Below are positions 1 through 10,610 of a DNA stretch of 64,000 nt, in pieces. How positions within the stretch are numbered: the first letter of the stretch is position 1; every line of letters starts with the position of its first letter. A program made the position numbers and the translations under genes. Source of the stretch: Patescibacteria group bacterium (GTDB lineage Bacteria > Patescibacteriota > Minisyncoccia > UBA6257 > JAAZHW01); NCBI GenBank assembly GCA_026415775.1, contig JAOAGL010000001.1, positions 6,282 to 70,281 of the forward strand. The letters run 5' to 3'. Below the pieces are notes generated by a model. That model had not been told where the DNA came from and searched no databases. It worked only from the letters and a program-made list of their open reading frames with translations.

Positions 1-866
1 CTTTTAATTAAATTGGGCGGTTCGTATTTGCCGTAAAATTGATTACCCAATAAAGCGCTTTGTGACTCACGAGTCAAAAATCCATCATGATTTGGCCCGC
101 CAGTATAAGGCAAACTTAAAATATGAATAGCAAAAACACCAAAATAAGCTACAATAAAAATAGCAAACATTATTAATAATTCTTTAATAAAAAGTCTAAT
201 TTTATGAGGTCTACCGAAAGCTCTATCTAAAAATAAAAGAAAGATACCGACAGCCATAAAAACTAAAGCCGTCCATTTCACTAAAACGCCAGCAGTTAAA
301 AATAAACTGCCTAAAAATAATTCTGGAAAAGAATTTGAATCCAATTTTTTATATTCTCTCAGCCGCAAAATAAAATAGATACCCAAAGCGCCAAAAGCCA
401 AAAGAAAAATATCGGTAAAGATATATCGCGATTGCACCAAAATAGCATTGTCAAAAATAATTAATAACGAAGCTAGAAAGCCTGGCCATTTATTATAAAA
501 TAATCGCTTGCCGATCCCATAAATAGTCAAAACTAAAATTAAACTAAAAAACATTTCTACTCCTCTAAATAACTTATAAAAATCTCCTTTATATTTATTA
601 CCAATCTGGGAAAAATCAGTATTGTTTGTTTCGCTTAAACCAAAAATTTTTCCTGTTGCTGCCAAAATCATTTTTGCCAATGGCGGATGAATATCAAAAT
701 AAAATGTCCCTTTAAAATAATTAGTTGACCACTGCGCAAAATAAACTTCATCAAAAACCACCTCGTCGGGGTATCCAAAATAAGGAATTCTTGTTGTGGC
801 AGTCAAAATAATTAAAATCCCAATCAATACCCATTCTTTCTGAAAAAATTTAATTAAATTCTTCAT
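1..866 (-). CDS. Dolichyl-phosphate-mannose protein mannosyltransferase (PMT/GT39 family); partial, C-terminus beyond the window start
   Basis: Not in the ORF track because it runs off the edge. Minus-strand translation from the ATG at 866 (ATGA overlap with the TatD stop) gives MKNLIKFFQKEWVLIGILIILTATTRIPYFGYPDEVVFDEVYFAQWSTNYFKGTFYFDIHPPLAKMILA... The DEVYF and DIHPPL motifs are hallmarks of PMT/GT39 membrane mannosyltransferases, and the protein is multi-TM hydrophobic. Confidence 0.7.
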   Translation of the reverse strand, partial: MKNLIKFFQKEWVLIGILIILTATTRIPYFGYPDEVVFDEVYFAQWSTNYFKGTFYFDIHPPLAKMILAATGKIFGLSETNNTDFSQIGNKYKGDFYKLFRGVEMFFSLILVLTIYGIGKRLFYNKWPGFLASLLIIFDNAILVQSRYIFTDIFLLAFGALGIYFILRLREYKKLDSNSFPELFLGSLFLTAGVLVKWTALVFMAVGIFLLFLDRAFGRPHKIRLFIKELLIMFAIFIVAYFGVFAIHILSLPYTGGPNHDGFLTRESQSALLGNQFYGKYEPPNLIK

Positions 867-1687
867 AATTGAAATAAATTAAAACAATTTTCCGTGGTAA
901 TTTCAGCAACTTTATTTAAAGATATTTTTTTAATTTTGGCAAGTCTATCCGCTACAAACTCTACAAAAATTGGTTCATTTCTTTTGCCGCGATAAGGAAC
1001 TGGCGCCACATAGGGACAGTCCGTTTCAACTAATAATTTTTCTAAAGGCAAAGAGTTAATAATTTTATCATAAGCATCAGTAAAAGTAATGACACCAGGA
1101 AAAGAAATATAAAATCCTAACTTAATAAATTCTTCAGCTATTTTTAAATCGCCTGAGAAAAAATGAACTACTCCACTATTGCGAGCAGCTTCGTTATAAC
1201 CATATTGTTTTAAAATCTCTAAAGCATCAAAGTAAGCATCTAAATTTTTGTAAGCGCGCAAATGTAAAACCAGAGGTTTTTTAATTTCATTGGCAAATTC
1301 AATCTGTTTTTTAAATTCTTCTTTTTGTCTTTCTTTAGCTTCTAGTGAATGATTATGAAAATAATCTAAACCACACTCTCCCACTCCCACTACTTTTTTA
1401 CTTTTTATTAATGTTAAAAATTTATCTTTATCAAAAAATTCAATTTCTGTTTTTCCTTCGTTTGAATCCTGAGATTCAAAAAGATGAATAGGATGAAGAC
1501 CGATAACAGCGTATAAAAAACCAACTTTTTCAGCTAATTCTACTGCTTTTTGTGAAAATAAAAAATTTGAGCCAATATTAATCGCCCAAATGTTTTTTTG
1601 TTTCATTCTCTCAATTACCGTCCCTCTATCATTATCAAAAGCGGCAAATTGCAAATGTGCATGAGAATCAATTAAATATGGTTTCAT
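863..1687 (-). CDS. tatD: TatD-family metal-dependent hydrolase/DNase
   Basis: 274 aa. N-terminal LIDSHAHLQF and internal GECGLDY and VVHFFSG motifs are typical of TatD. Confidence 0.85.
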   Translation of the reverse strand: MKPYLIDSHAHLQFAAFDNDRGTVIERMKQKNIWAINIGSNFLFSQKAVELAEKVGFLYAVIGLHPIHLFESQDSNEGKTEIEFFDKDKFLTLIKSKKVVGVGECGLDYFHNHSLEAKERQKEEFKKQIEFANEIKKPLVLHLRAYKNLDAYFDALEILKQYGYNEAARNSGVVHFFSGDLKIAEEFIKLGFYISFPGVITFTDAYDKIINSLPLEKLLVETDCPYVAPVPYRGKRNEPIFVEFVADRLAKIKKISLNKVAEITTENCFNLFQL

Positions 1688-1691
1688 TGTT

Positions 1692-3170
1692 TTAATTTAA
1701 ACGCGGAAAAAGTGGCGGAATTCTTTTAACAATAAATTCCTTGCCCAAAAAATTAACTTCGTTGTTTGCTCCTAATGAATTTTTTATTTTAATAGCTGTT
1801 TCGGGAAGATAGGGAGAAATTAAATCTGATAAATTAATCAAAATCATCCACAAGCTGCTCAAAGTTTCATTTTTCTTTTGCTCTTCTTCAATAGCCCAAA
1901 CTCTTGTTTGATTTATAAAAGCATCCGCCTTACTAATTAATTGCAGAAAGGCTTCGGCAGCTTGATTAAATCGAAAATCAAGCATTGCCTCATCATATTT
2001 TTGCCACGCCTCATCAATATCATTTTTCAATAAATTACTTTCTATCTTTATCTTCCCACCTTGTTTTTCAATTAATGCTACAACACGATTTAACAAATTA
2101 CCCAGTCCATTAGCTAGTTCCTTATCATAACGTTCTTTTATATTAGCAATGGTTAAATCGCCATCTTGAGCTAAAGAAAATTCTTTTAATAAATAATAGC
2201 GAATAGTTTCTACTCCAAATTGTTTCGCTAATTCAACTGGATCAATTACATTACCAACCGATTTGGACATTTTTTGGCCCTCAATAGTAATAAAACCATG
2301 AATAATAATTTTATTAGGCAAACGCACTCCTGCTGACAAAAGCATTGCTGGCCAATAAATACAATGGAATTTCGTAATGTCTTTCCCAATAAAATGCCAG
2401 ATTTGGGTAGACTCATCTTCCCACCAAGCGCGATAAAGAGGAGAATTTACTGCATAGCCCAAAGCAGTAATATAATTGCACAAAGCATCAAACCAAACAT
2501 AAATTACTTGGGAGTCATCATTGGGAGTTATAATGCCCCAATTATGCGCTCGCTCTTTTGAGCGTGAAATACTAAAATCTTTTAACCCACCTCCAATAAA
2601 ATTCTCTATTTCTGCCTTGCGCGTTTCCGGAACAATTTCAATTTGATTATCCTGATAAATTTCTTTTAATTTCTGTTGATAACCAGAAAGTTTAAAGAAA
2701 TAATTTTTCTCGGAAATTAATTGAGGAGGTTGTTTATGATTCGGACATAAACCATCAATTAATTCCTCTTCTTTCAAATAATCTTCGCAGCCCGTGCAAT
2801 ATAATCCTTGATATTCGCTTTGATAAATATCTTTCTCTGCTGCTTTCCAAAATCTATTTACCCCTTCAAAATGGCGTTTTTCAGTGGTTCGAATAAAATC
2901 AGAAATGCTTATATTATAAAGTTTCAAAATATCTTTAAATACTTGCGCTTTTTTATCTACTAATTCTTTTGGTGAAATACCTTCTTTTTCGGCAGCCAAA
3001 GCATTTTTTAAACTATTTTCATCAACGCCAGTTAAAAAATAAACTTCGTTTCCTTTAAGTCTCTGATAGCGCACTGCACAATCAGCTTGAATAAATTCTA
3101 AAACATGACCCAAATGCGGATCAGCATTAGAATAAGGAATAGCGGTTGTAATATAAATTTTTTTAAGCAT
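1692..3170 (-). CDS. metG: Methionyl-tRNA synthetase (short form)
   Basis: 492 aa. Class I HIGH motif (PYSNADPHLGHVLE), KMSKS motif (QKMSKSVGN) and CTGCEDY zinc knuckle. Lacks a C-terminal tRNA-binding extension. Confidence 0.9.
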   Translation of the reverse strand: MLKKIYITTAIPYSNADPHLGHVLEFIQADCAVRYQRLKGNEVYFLTGVDENSLKNALAAEKEGISPKELVDKKAQVFKDILKLYNISISDFIRTTEKRHFEGVNRFWKAAEKDIYQSEYQGLYCTGCEDYLKEEELIDGLCPNHKQPPQLISEKNYFFKLSGYQQKLKEIYQDNQIEIVPETRKAEIENFIGGGLKDFSISRSKERAHNWGIITPNDDSQVIYVWFDALCNYITALGYAVNSPLYRAWWEDESTQIWHFIGKDITKFHCIYWPAMLLSAGVRLPNKIIIHGFITIEGQKMSKSVGNVIDPVELAKQFGVETIRYYLLKEFSLAQDGDLTIANIKERYDKELANGLGNLLNRVVALIEKQGGKIKIESNLLKNDIDEAWQKYDEAMLDFRFNQAAEAFLQLISKADAFINQTRVWAIEEEQKKNETLSSLWMILINLSDLISPYLPETAIKIKNSLGANNEVNFLGKEFIVKRIPPLFPRLN

Positions 3171-3216
3171 AATTAATAATATAGATAATAGTTAAACTTT
3201 TTAAATTTTCAAATTT

Positions 3217-3735
3217 ATGATTTTATCAGTTCATTTTATTACCGGCGCCGCCATTACTAAGATTATTCCCAATAAATTAATCGCCTATCCTTTGGCATTT
3301 TTAATTCATTTTCTATTAGATGCCCTGCCTCACACTGATTATTCACTACGCGGAATTTCTTCTGGTTGGAAAAAGAAAAATTTTTATGAAAGCGTTTTTA
3401 GTTTGATACTAGATACCTTATTTGGAATTGCTTTTATTATAATCTGGGCGATGGCTTTTGACAACTTTAATATAACTTCTGCGTTGGTCGGCGGATTTTT
3501 GGGAATTCTTCCGGATTTTTTGAATCTCATCTCTTATTTATTTCACAACAAAAACTTTCTTTTATTTATTAAAGGACATCCTTTAACTGATTTGGAAGAA
3601 TTTAAAACCCAAAGCCAAAATCTTTACTATCGCTTCCATCATTGGATACATAATGGCTCTGAATCATCTAATAGCATTGGCATTGCCACTCAAATAGTCA
3701 TTTTTTTAGCGGCATTAATTATTTTGCTGAAATAA
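3217..3735 (+). CDS. Hypothetical integral membrane protein
   Basis: 172-aa ORF with several hydrophobic segments. No recognisable motif. Confidence 0.4.
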   Translation: MILSVHFITGAAITKIIPNKLIAYPLAFLIHFLLDALPHTDYSLRGISSGWKKKNFYESVFSLILDTLFGIAFIIIWAMAFDNFNITSALVGGFLGILPDFLNLISYLFHNKNFLLFIKGHPLTDLEEFKTQSQNLYYRFHHWIHNGSESSNSIGIATQIVIFLAALIILLK

Positions 3736-3737
3736 AA

Positions 3738-3769
3738 AGCAAGGCCCGATAATCGGGCCTTGCTTTTTC
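3738..3769. terminator. Bidirectional rho-independent terminator between converging genes
   Basis: AGCAAGGCCCG-ATAAT-CGGGCCTTGCT perfect 11-bp stem, followed by TTTTT on the plus strand and AAAAA upstream. Confidence 0.8.
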
Positions 3770-3782
3770 ACATCATAAATTT

Positions 3783-4844
3783 TTATGGCAATGGTAAAGG
3801 GCTATATTGCTTTTTATTATTTAATTCCTTAATTGTTTCCTCAATAACAATAATTGTTGGTAAGGCAATCAAAACACCGACCACCCCACCTAATTTGGCG
3901 CCAATCAATAGTCCTACTATTACAATCACTGGATTAAAACCAATGGTTTTTTTCATTACTAAAGGAATAAGTATATCATTTTCTAGACGCTGAATAAGAA
4001 TAAAAACTAAAGCAGTCCAAAGTGCTAAGGGAACTGATTGAGTTAAGGCAATAAGAGTTGCTACAATGCCTGCTAAAATTGGACCAACAACTGGTACTAA
4101 TTCACACAAAGCAGCAAAGACAGCAAGAATAAAAGCATACTTTACGCCCAAAATCAACATCGCCGCTAAAACCATTATACCGATAAAACCACTTAACAAA
4201 ATCTGGGTACGCAACCATTTACCAAGTCGCAACTTGGAACGATACCAAATTCTTAAAACCGATTCTTCAATGCTTATTGGCAAAACAAATTTAATAAAAT
4301 CCGCCACACCATCCTTTTTAATCAAAAGATAAAAAGAAATTAAGAAAACAGTCACCACCGAAACAATACCACCACCCAAATTAAACAAAATTGCAAAAAA
4401 TTTTCCCGCATCTTCAAACAAAGACCCTTGATAAGTTGTTAGAAAATCCAAAATTTTTTCTCCTAATTGCGAGGTGGTGGCCGAACCTAAGATTTTTTCT
4501 GAAAAACCCGGCAATAAACTGCCAATATTTAAAATCTGTTCATAAACAATCGGGAAAGAAAAATATAAAACAATAGCGAGCAAAATTAAAATGAAAAGAT
4601 AAATAGCCGCCGCACCCAAAAAACGCGGAATTCTTTTCTTTTCTAGCCGATCAACAAGCGGCGAAAAAGCAGCAGCAATAATAATCGCCACAAAAAGCAT
4701 TACAAAAATTGAACGCAAAACATAAACCAGCGCTAAAATAATAATTAGCAAAATCAACCTCCAAAAACTCATCCACGATATCTCAATTTTTTTCACCTCC
4801 TCTGGCATTGATTTTATTATAGAAAATAAAGATAAAACAAGCAA
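3783..4844 (-). CDS. AI-2E family transporter (PerM/UPF0118 permease)
   Basis: 353 aa, 7-8 TM segments. C-terminal ...GVLIALPTIIVIEE... region is characteristic of the AI-2E family. Confidence 0.7.
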   Translation of the reverse strand: MLVLSLFSIIKSMPEEVKKIEISWMSFWRLILLIIILALVYVLRSIFVMLFVAIIIAAAFSPLVDRLEKKRIPRFLGAAAIYLFILILLAIVLYFSFPIVYEQILNIGSLLPGFSEKILGSATTSQLGEKILDFLTTYQGSLFEDAGKFFAILFNLGGGIVSVVTVFLISFYLLIKKDGVADFIKFVLPISIEESVLRIWYRSKLRLGKWLRTQILLSGFIGIMVLAAMLILGVKYAFILAVFAALCELVPVVGPILAGIVATLIALTQSVPLALWTALVFILIQRLENDILIPLVMKKTIGFNPVIVIVGLLIGAKLGGVVGVLIALPTIIVIEETIKELNNKKQYSPLPLP

Positions 4845-4889
4845 GTCAAAAATTTTATTAATTATCTTTTTAATTTATAATTAAAATAT

Positions 4890-5993
4890 ATGCGAGTTTT
4901 AATTTTAATTACCCACGGAAATATCGGCGGTGCAACTAATTTTGTTTACTGGCTCGCTGAAGGATTAAAACAAAAAAGTGTTGAAGTAACAGTCGGTTTT
5001 GGTGAGGGAGATTATTTAAAAAATCTTTTAGAAAAAGCAGGAATTAACTTTGTTAATTTTAAATGGCTAAAAAGAACACACAATCCCATTTATAATTTGT
5101 TTTTTATTAAAGAATTTAAAAAATATCTGGATAATAATCGTTTTGATGTTTGCCATTTCAATAGCACCAATACTCTTTTCGGAGCTATCGCTGCCAAATT
5201 ATCCAAAAACAAAACAAAAAATATATTTACATTTCACGGATTGTCTATATTAGACCCCAATTATAAAAAAAATTATTTTTTAAAAATTATTTATTGGCTT
5301 GTTTTTAAATTTTTACTTTTATTCATTGATACACCAGTTTTTGTTTGTAAAGCTAATTTGGAAACTGCCAAAAAACTTCATTTAGTTAAAAATGGCGCTG
5401 TAATTTACAATGGCATACCAGAACCAAAATTTTTATCACGCGATGAAGCACGAAATTTTTTTGCAAATAATTTATCCATTGAAATAAAAGATAAATTTGT
5501 AATAGGCTCAATTGGTAGATTAGATTATTCGAAAAATTATGAATTTTTGATAAAAAATTTTTCTGAAATCTTAAAAATAAAGCCCAATGCTATTTGTATT
5601 ATCATCGGCGAAGGCCCAGAAAGAAAAAAATATGAAAAATTAATTAAAAAGTTGGGATTAGAAACAAAATTTTTTTTACTTGGCGAAAAACAAAATGCCC
5701 CTCAATACATGAAAGGCTTTGATTTGTTTGTTTTACCATCAAGATATGAAGGATTATCACTTACTTTAATTGAAGCATTATTCGCTCAAATACCCATATT
5801 AGCAAGTGATGTAGGAGGGAATAAAGAAATAGTTGGGAAAGAAAATATTTTCCCTAATGATTTTAATGGTTTTCTCGAAAAAATTTCTTCGTATACATCA
5901 GCAAAAAAAGAAAATATAAACTTTATAATCTCACAAATGATAAAAAATTATAATATTTTTTATTCATCTTCTTCTAGTAATTTTTCCCACTGA
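4890..5993 (+). CDS. Glycosyltransferase family 4
   Basis: 367 aa. N-terminal MRVLILITHGNIGGA and C-terminal EGLSLTLIEAL...ILASDVGGNKEIV match the GT4 E-x7-E motif. Confidence 0.8.
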   Translation: MRVLILITHGNIGGATNFVYWLAEGLKQKSVEVTVGFGEGDYLKNLLEKAGINFVNFKWLKRTHNPIYNLFFIKEFKKYLDNNRFDVCHFNSTNTLFGAIAAKLSKNKTKNIFTFHGLSILDPNYKKNYFLKIIYWLVFKFLLLFIDTPVFVCKANLETAKKLHLVKNGAVIYNGIPEPKFLSRDEARNFFANNLSIEIKDKFVIGSIGRLDYSKNYEFLIKNFSEILKIKPNAICIIIGEGPERKKYEKLIKKLGLETKFFLLGEKQNAPQYMKGFDLFVLPSRYEGLSLTLIEALFAQIPILASDVGGNKEIVGKENIFPNDFNGFLEKISSYTSAKKENINFIISQMIKNYNIFYSSSSSNFSH

Positions 5994-7186
5994 GGAACAA
6001 TCTTTTCTAAATCAAAATCTTTGGCTCTCTCCTCTGCTTTTATTGAATACTTTTTTCTTAAATCATCATTTTCTAAAAATTTTTTTATAGTATTAACCCA
6101 ATATTCAATAGTATCATTATTTTCGTTTGGGACTGGCAATAAAACACCATAATCCGCAAACTCAATTTTATCAGTTTGATAAGAAAAATCTGAGTTGGGA
6201 GCCAAAATCTCTCTAGGACCAGATTTACAATCTGATGAGATAACCGGCGTGCCACAAGCTAGAGCTTCAATTATTACATTTGGGAATCCCTCCCACAAAG
6301 AAGTAAGAATAAAAACATCTGAACGTGCAATAAATTTAAATGGATTTTCTTGAAATCCCAAAAAATAAACATCAAATTTGTCTGACAAAACATCTGAATC
6401 GTCTACAAAAACATTTAAATTCATTGCTTTTGATAAAGAAATAAGATTTTTTTTTAAAGGTCCATCGCCTAAAATTACTAATTTTAAAGATTTATATTCT
6501 TTTTTTAATAATTTAAATATTTCTAATAAAAATTTTTGGTTTTTTTGCTCTGTCAATCTACCACTATTAATTATTGTTTGATTTTTAAAAATTATTCCAT
6601 AATTTCCCATCGATTCATTTCTCTTATTAATTATTTCCTGAATCTGATGAGGATTATATATGACTCTGATATTATCCAAACACAAACCAAGAGCTTCTAA
6701 ACTTTTTTTAATTCCGTTTGAAACAGCAATTATTAAATCGGCACGAGAATAAAAAAATTTAATAAGAGGGTGAATTATTTTTCTAAAACCCGCGTAACCA
6801 TCTATCAAATTTATATGAACCGAAACAATGGATTTGTGTTTAATAAAAAATTTTAAAAAAATATTTACGAAATTAGCCCTTTCTAAAAAAGAAAGAATAG
6901 TAATTTTTTTATTTTTATATTTTTTAATAAAGCGGAGCAATTTCAATATATAAATAGGCATAGACAGGTATTTTAAAAAAGAATTGGTTTTTCTGGTGTA
7001 ATTAGATAAAATTATTATTTTTCCAGGATTAATCTTATAAACTATTTCATTTTCCAATAAAATAATTTTTTCGAAATCTAGCGAATTAGATAAATTTAAA
7101 ACAATCTGCTCCGCTCCGCCACCGCCTAAAGAATTAATTAAGATAAAAGTTGCATTATTTTTCATTATTTTGAGGTATTGCTTCAA
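5960..7186 (-). CDS. Glycosyltransferase family 4
   Basis: 408 aa. EGFPNVIIEALACGTPVISSD GT4 signature. N-terminal SLGGGGAEQIVLNL. Confidence 0.8.
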   Translation of the reverse strand: MKQYLKIMKNNATFILINSLGGGGAEQIVLNLSNSLDFEKIILLENEIVYKINPGKIIILSNYTRKTNSFLKYLSMPIYILKLLRFIKKYKNKKITILSFLERANFVNIFLKFFIKHKSIVSVHINLIDGYAGFRKIIHPLIKFFYSRADLIIAVSNGIKKSLEALGLCLDNIRVIYNPHQIQEIINKRNESMGNYGIIFKNQTIINSGRLTEQKNQKFLLEIFKLLKKEYKSLKLVILGDGPLKKNLISLSKAMNLNVFVDDSDVLSDKFDVYFLGFQENPFKFIARSDVFILTSLWEGFPNVIIEALACGTPVISSDCKSGPREILAPNSDFSYQTDKIEFADYGVLLPVPNENNDTIEYWVNTIKKFLENDDLRKKYSIKAEERAKDFDLEKIVPQWEKLLEEDE

Positions 7187-8102
7187 AATAAATATGATTG
7201 CCCCTTACAAATAAATTAACTATAAATGCAATAGGAAAAAAAATTATTTGTCTAAAAAATTTTATTATTTTCATTAAATTTAAATTTTTAGTTGAAGACG
7301 TATATTTTCTTATTTTGATTTTTAAACGATTACCCTTTTGTCCAGTAATTAAAGTTTCTATATTTATAATAATTTCTTCTAAAATTTTGTCCATTATTAA
7401 TTTTAATTGAAAACCATTAATGTTTAAAATTTTTTCTAAAGAATCTTTAGAAAATCGCAAAAAATGATGGGGGGGCAAATCTGTTTTATCAATTTTTCCT
7501 CTATAAAAATATATGAATGTACCATCTCTATTAGGCACTGAACCAACAACTAATCCGTCAGGTTTTAAAAGATTTTTAATAATCAACAAAAAATCTTTGG
7601 GGCTATCCTGATGTTCTAAAACATCAAACATAGTAATAATATCAAATTTTACATTTGGAATAAATTTATAAAAATCAGCCAGTGATAATGCATATACATT
7701 TTTTAAACCTAATCTCCTTGCCGCTTCAATACTTTTTTTATCCAGATCTATACCCCACACATCTAATCCTCTTTTGCAAAGCTCTAACAAAAATGTTCCA
7801 TCTCCACATCCAATATCTAGAACCGTTAATTTTTTTCTATTGCCAAAGAATTGGATTCGATATCTTTTTAATTTTTTTAAAAAAATCTTTTGACAAGGTT
7901 GTAAAATTCCTAAACCATAATGAAAAAACTTATAAGTTATATCTCCTTCTTGTATATAAAATTCTGGCATCATCTTTAGTGGCTCCCAAAATTGACACGC
8001 ACAAAATTTACATTCATATAATACGTAATTTTTATTATTAAAATTCGATGTGTAATTTTCTTTTTTTATTAGATTATTATTATTACATATGGGGCAATTC
8101 AT
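7155..8102 (-). CDS. Class I SAM-dependent methyltransferase with N-terminal zinc ribbon
   Basis: 315 aa. CPICN...CKFCACQF (4 Cys) followed by motif I VLDIGCGDGTFL and motif II-like FDIITMFDVLEH. Confidence 0.75.
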   Translation of the reverse strand: MNCPICNNNNLIKKENYTSNFNNKNYVLYECKFCACQFWEPLKMMPEFYIQEGDITYKFFHYGLGILQPCQKIFLKKLKRYRIQFFGNRKKLTVLDIGCGDGTFLLELCKRGLDVWGIDLDKKSIEAARRLGLKNVYALSLADFYKFIPNVKFDIITMFDVLEHQDSPKDFLLIIKNLLKPDGLVVGSVPNRDGTFIYFYRGKIDKTDLPPHHFLRFSKDSLEKILNINGFQLKLIMDKILEEIIINIETLITGQKGNRLKIKIRKYTSSTKNLNLMKIIKFFRQIIFFPIAFIVNLFVRGNHIYFEAIPQNNEK

Positions 8103-8106
8103 AGAA

Positions 8107-8904
8107 TTAATTTATTAATTTTTTTAATAAACACAAAATCCGATAAATGATTAATTTTATAAAATAAATAATCAGAACAAAAGGACAACACATTAATAAG
8201 TCCTTATAAAAATTTTTTAAAAATTCTTTATGAACTTGATATATTCTTTCAAAATTATTCTTTTTAATTGATAATCTATCATCTCTCTTATTATTATATA
8301 TCCTCAAAACATGTTTAACAAAATATCCGCAAGAATTTTTTTTCAACAATTTTATCCAGGCTATTGATTCACCGCCCCTAATATTAATAGGAAACATTAT
8401 TGGCAAAAACAAATCTTTTTTTACCACCGTCAAAGCTTCACCCTTTATTTTCCCACATAAAAAATCTTTATAGGAAACCGGCCCCTCATAATCGGCTATA
8501 TTTATTGGAATATTTCCAACTAAATCTCTACAATTAAACAAAAAAATAGAAACATTGGGAAATTTATTTATATACTGATTAATAATTTTTAAGGCATCTG
8601 CCATTAATGAATCATCCGAATCTAAAAAAACCAACCACTCTCCAGAAGCTCGAAGAATACCAAAATTTCTTGCTATATTTGGACCTACATTTTTCAAAAA
8701 TGAAAAATATTTTATACGATTATCAATTGCAATATATTCCTCTACAATTTTTTTTGTATTATCATTTGAAGCATCATCAATAATTAACATTTCCCAATTT
8801 ATAAACGTTTGCGAAATAATACTTTCAATAGCATTTTTAATTATATCTGCTCTATTAAACGTGGGAGTAATAATACTAAACCGAGGAGTCATGGTAAAAA
8901 TCAA
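8107..8904 (-). CDS. Glycosyltransferase family 2
   Basis: 265 aa. FSIITPTFNRADIIKNAIESIISQTF...LIIDDASNDNT and FLDSDD are classic GT2 (DXD) motifs. Confidence 0.85.
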   Translation of the reverse strand: MIFTMTPRFSIITPTFNRADIIKNAIESIISQTFINWEMLIIDDASNDNTKKIVEEYIAIDNRIKYFSFLKNVGPNIARNFGILRASGEWLVFLDSDDSLMADALKIINQYINKFPNVSIFLFNCRDLVGNIPINIADYEGPVSYKDFLCGKIKGEALTVVKKDLFLPIMFPINIRGGESIAWIKLLKKNSCGYFVKHVLRIYNNKRDDRLSIKKNNFERIYQVHKEFLKNFYKDLLMCCPFVLIIYFIKLIIYRILCLLKKLIN

Positions 8905-10564
8905 AAAATTGTTTAGTTAGATTATTAAGACCAAAACCAAAACCTTTTTTGGGGGCATATAAAATTTCTTTTGGCAATAACCATTCAAATGCTTCTCTTA
9001 ATATTAGTTTATTATAAATTTTTCCGTATTTCCTTCTAATTTTTTTATGAGGATCTATTTTAAAAGCCATTTCTATAACTCTATAATCTAGAAATGGAGA
9101 TCGAGTTTCAATTCCAAACATCATAGCGGGCAAATCTCCTATAATAGTAATAGAATGACTATTTTCAGTAATTAATGCTAACCAATGGGATATATCTATA
9201 TAATTGTTTGTTTCCACTTTATTGGCCCAGTAATCTATCAATTCATTAAAATTATAATCATATTCAAATTTTTTTCTTGATTCTTCTAAATATAAAAAAC
9301 CTTTGCGTTTTTTATTTTCTATTTGAGCCAATTTAAATAAAATTTTTAGTTGTTTGTTAAAAAAGGAGATTTTTTCTAAAACTTTCAAAATCTTTTTAGG
9401 AAAAATCTCTATCATTTTTACAAAATCTGAAAAAATAAGTTGTTTATATGCATTATCATATCCATAAAAAATTTCATCAGCCCCATTGCCTGTCATTACC
9501 ACTTTAATATCATTTTTTTTAATATCACTAAAAAGTTTTGCTGCATGAACCAACGGAAATAGCTTAATGTTTTCACCATAAATTTCGGTCATTTTGTTAT
9601 AAAATTTTCTTTCTATTTCTTCTTCATAATAACAAATATGTAAAGGGATCTTAAATAAATTAGCTACCTTTTTTGCACGATTCAATTCTTCTGCATCTGC
9701 CATTAAACTAAACGCAGAGGGTTTCAAGCCGTGTTTGCACATTAATCCCGCAACAATAGAACTATCCACACCTCCGCTTAACAAAACAGCAACATCAACA
9801 TCTGCCCTTTCCCTTATTCTAACAGCATCATCAATAACTGCACACAAATCTTCTTTAGTAATCTTAGGATCATAATAAAAAGAAGGCGACCAATAGCACC
9901 ATTTTTTTATAATCTTTTTATTTTTTACTATGATTGCATGGGCGGGTTCTAATCTTTTTATTTCTTTATATTTTGTAAAAGGTTCGGGGATGTGTAAAAA
10001 ATTTCTTAGATGACTGTACGCTATACCTATTTTATCTTCCTCTGAAGAAAATATACCTATACTAAACAACGCACCCAATTCTGAAGCGAAATAAAAGCCG
10101 GATGAATTTTCACTAAAAATAAACGGTTTCTCTCCTATCCTATCACGAGCACAAAATAATATTTTTTCTTTCTTATCATATATAGCAAACGCGAATGCTC
10201 CATTTAATTTTTCTAAACATTTTTCTTTATAAAATATATAAGAAATTAGGAGTACTTCTGTATCACTATTTGTTTTGAAAGAATAATGAAATTTATTTTT
10301 GATTTCATTTTTTAACTCAAGATAATTATATATTTCCCCATTAAAAACAATGGCGTATCTGCCACATTGGGAAATAAATGGTTGATTAGCGTTAGCGCTT
10401 AAATCAATGATTGCCAAACGATTATGCCCTAATGTGATATCATCAATAGTTATTTTAGAAATATTATCAGAACCACGATGAATCTGTTTTTCAAGAATTT
10501 TCTCTACATACCTCTCTTGTAATTTGATTGGATTTGTTGACCAAACACCTGCTATTCCGCACAT
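8876..10564 (-). CDS. asnB: Asparagine synthase (glutamine-hydrolysing) / AsnB-family amidotransferase
   Basis: 562 aa. N-terminal nucleophile MCGIAG, and the PP-loop VAVLLSGGVDSS. Sits within the glycan gene cluster. Confidence 0.8.
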   Translation of the reverse strand: MCGIAGVWSTNPIKLQERYVEKILEKQIHRGSDNISKITIDDITLGHNRLAIIDLSANANQPFISQCGRYAIVFNGEIYNYLELKNEIKNKFHYSFKTNSDTEVLLISYIFYKEKCLEKLNGAFAFAIYDKKEKILFCARDRIGEKPFIFSENSSGFYFASELGALFSIGIFSSEEDKIGIAYSHLRNFLHIPEPFTKYKEIKRLEPAHAIIVKNKKIIKKWCYWSPSFYYDPKITKEDLCAVIDDAVRIRERADVDVAVLLSGGVDSSIVAGLMCKHGLKPSAFSLMADAEELNRAKKVANLFKIPLHICYYEEEIERKFYNKMTEIYGENIKLFPLVHAAKLFSDIKKNDIKVVMTGNGADEIFYGYDNAYKQLIFSDFVKMIEIFPKKILKVLEKISFFNKQLKILFKLAQIENKKRKGFLYLEESRKKFEYDYNFNELIDYWANKVETNNYIDISHWLALITENSHSITIIGDLPAMMFGIETRSPFLDYRVIEMAFKIDPHKKIRRKYGKIYNKLILREAFEWLLPKEILYAPKKGFGFGLNNLTKQFFDFYHDSSV

Positions 10565-10610
10565 ATAATATTAAATTTATTCGCTCTCAAATTTTTGAAA
10601 ATATTATTTA

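Noticed and set aside
2364-2561. Short antisense or overlapping ORFs throughout (for example 2364-2561, 6378-6581, 12093-12278, 24634-24843, 33413-33682 and 53497-54261)
   Set aside because: All are embedded antisense or out-of-frame within well-supported longer genes or GC-rich regions. They have no RBS or motif support.
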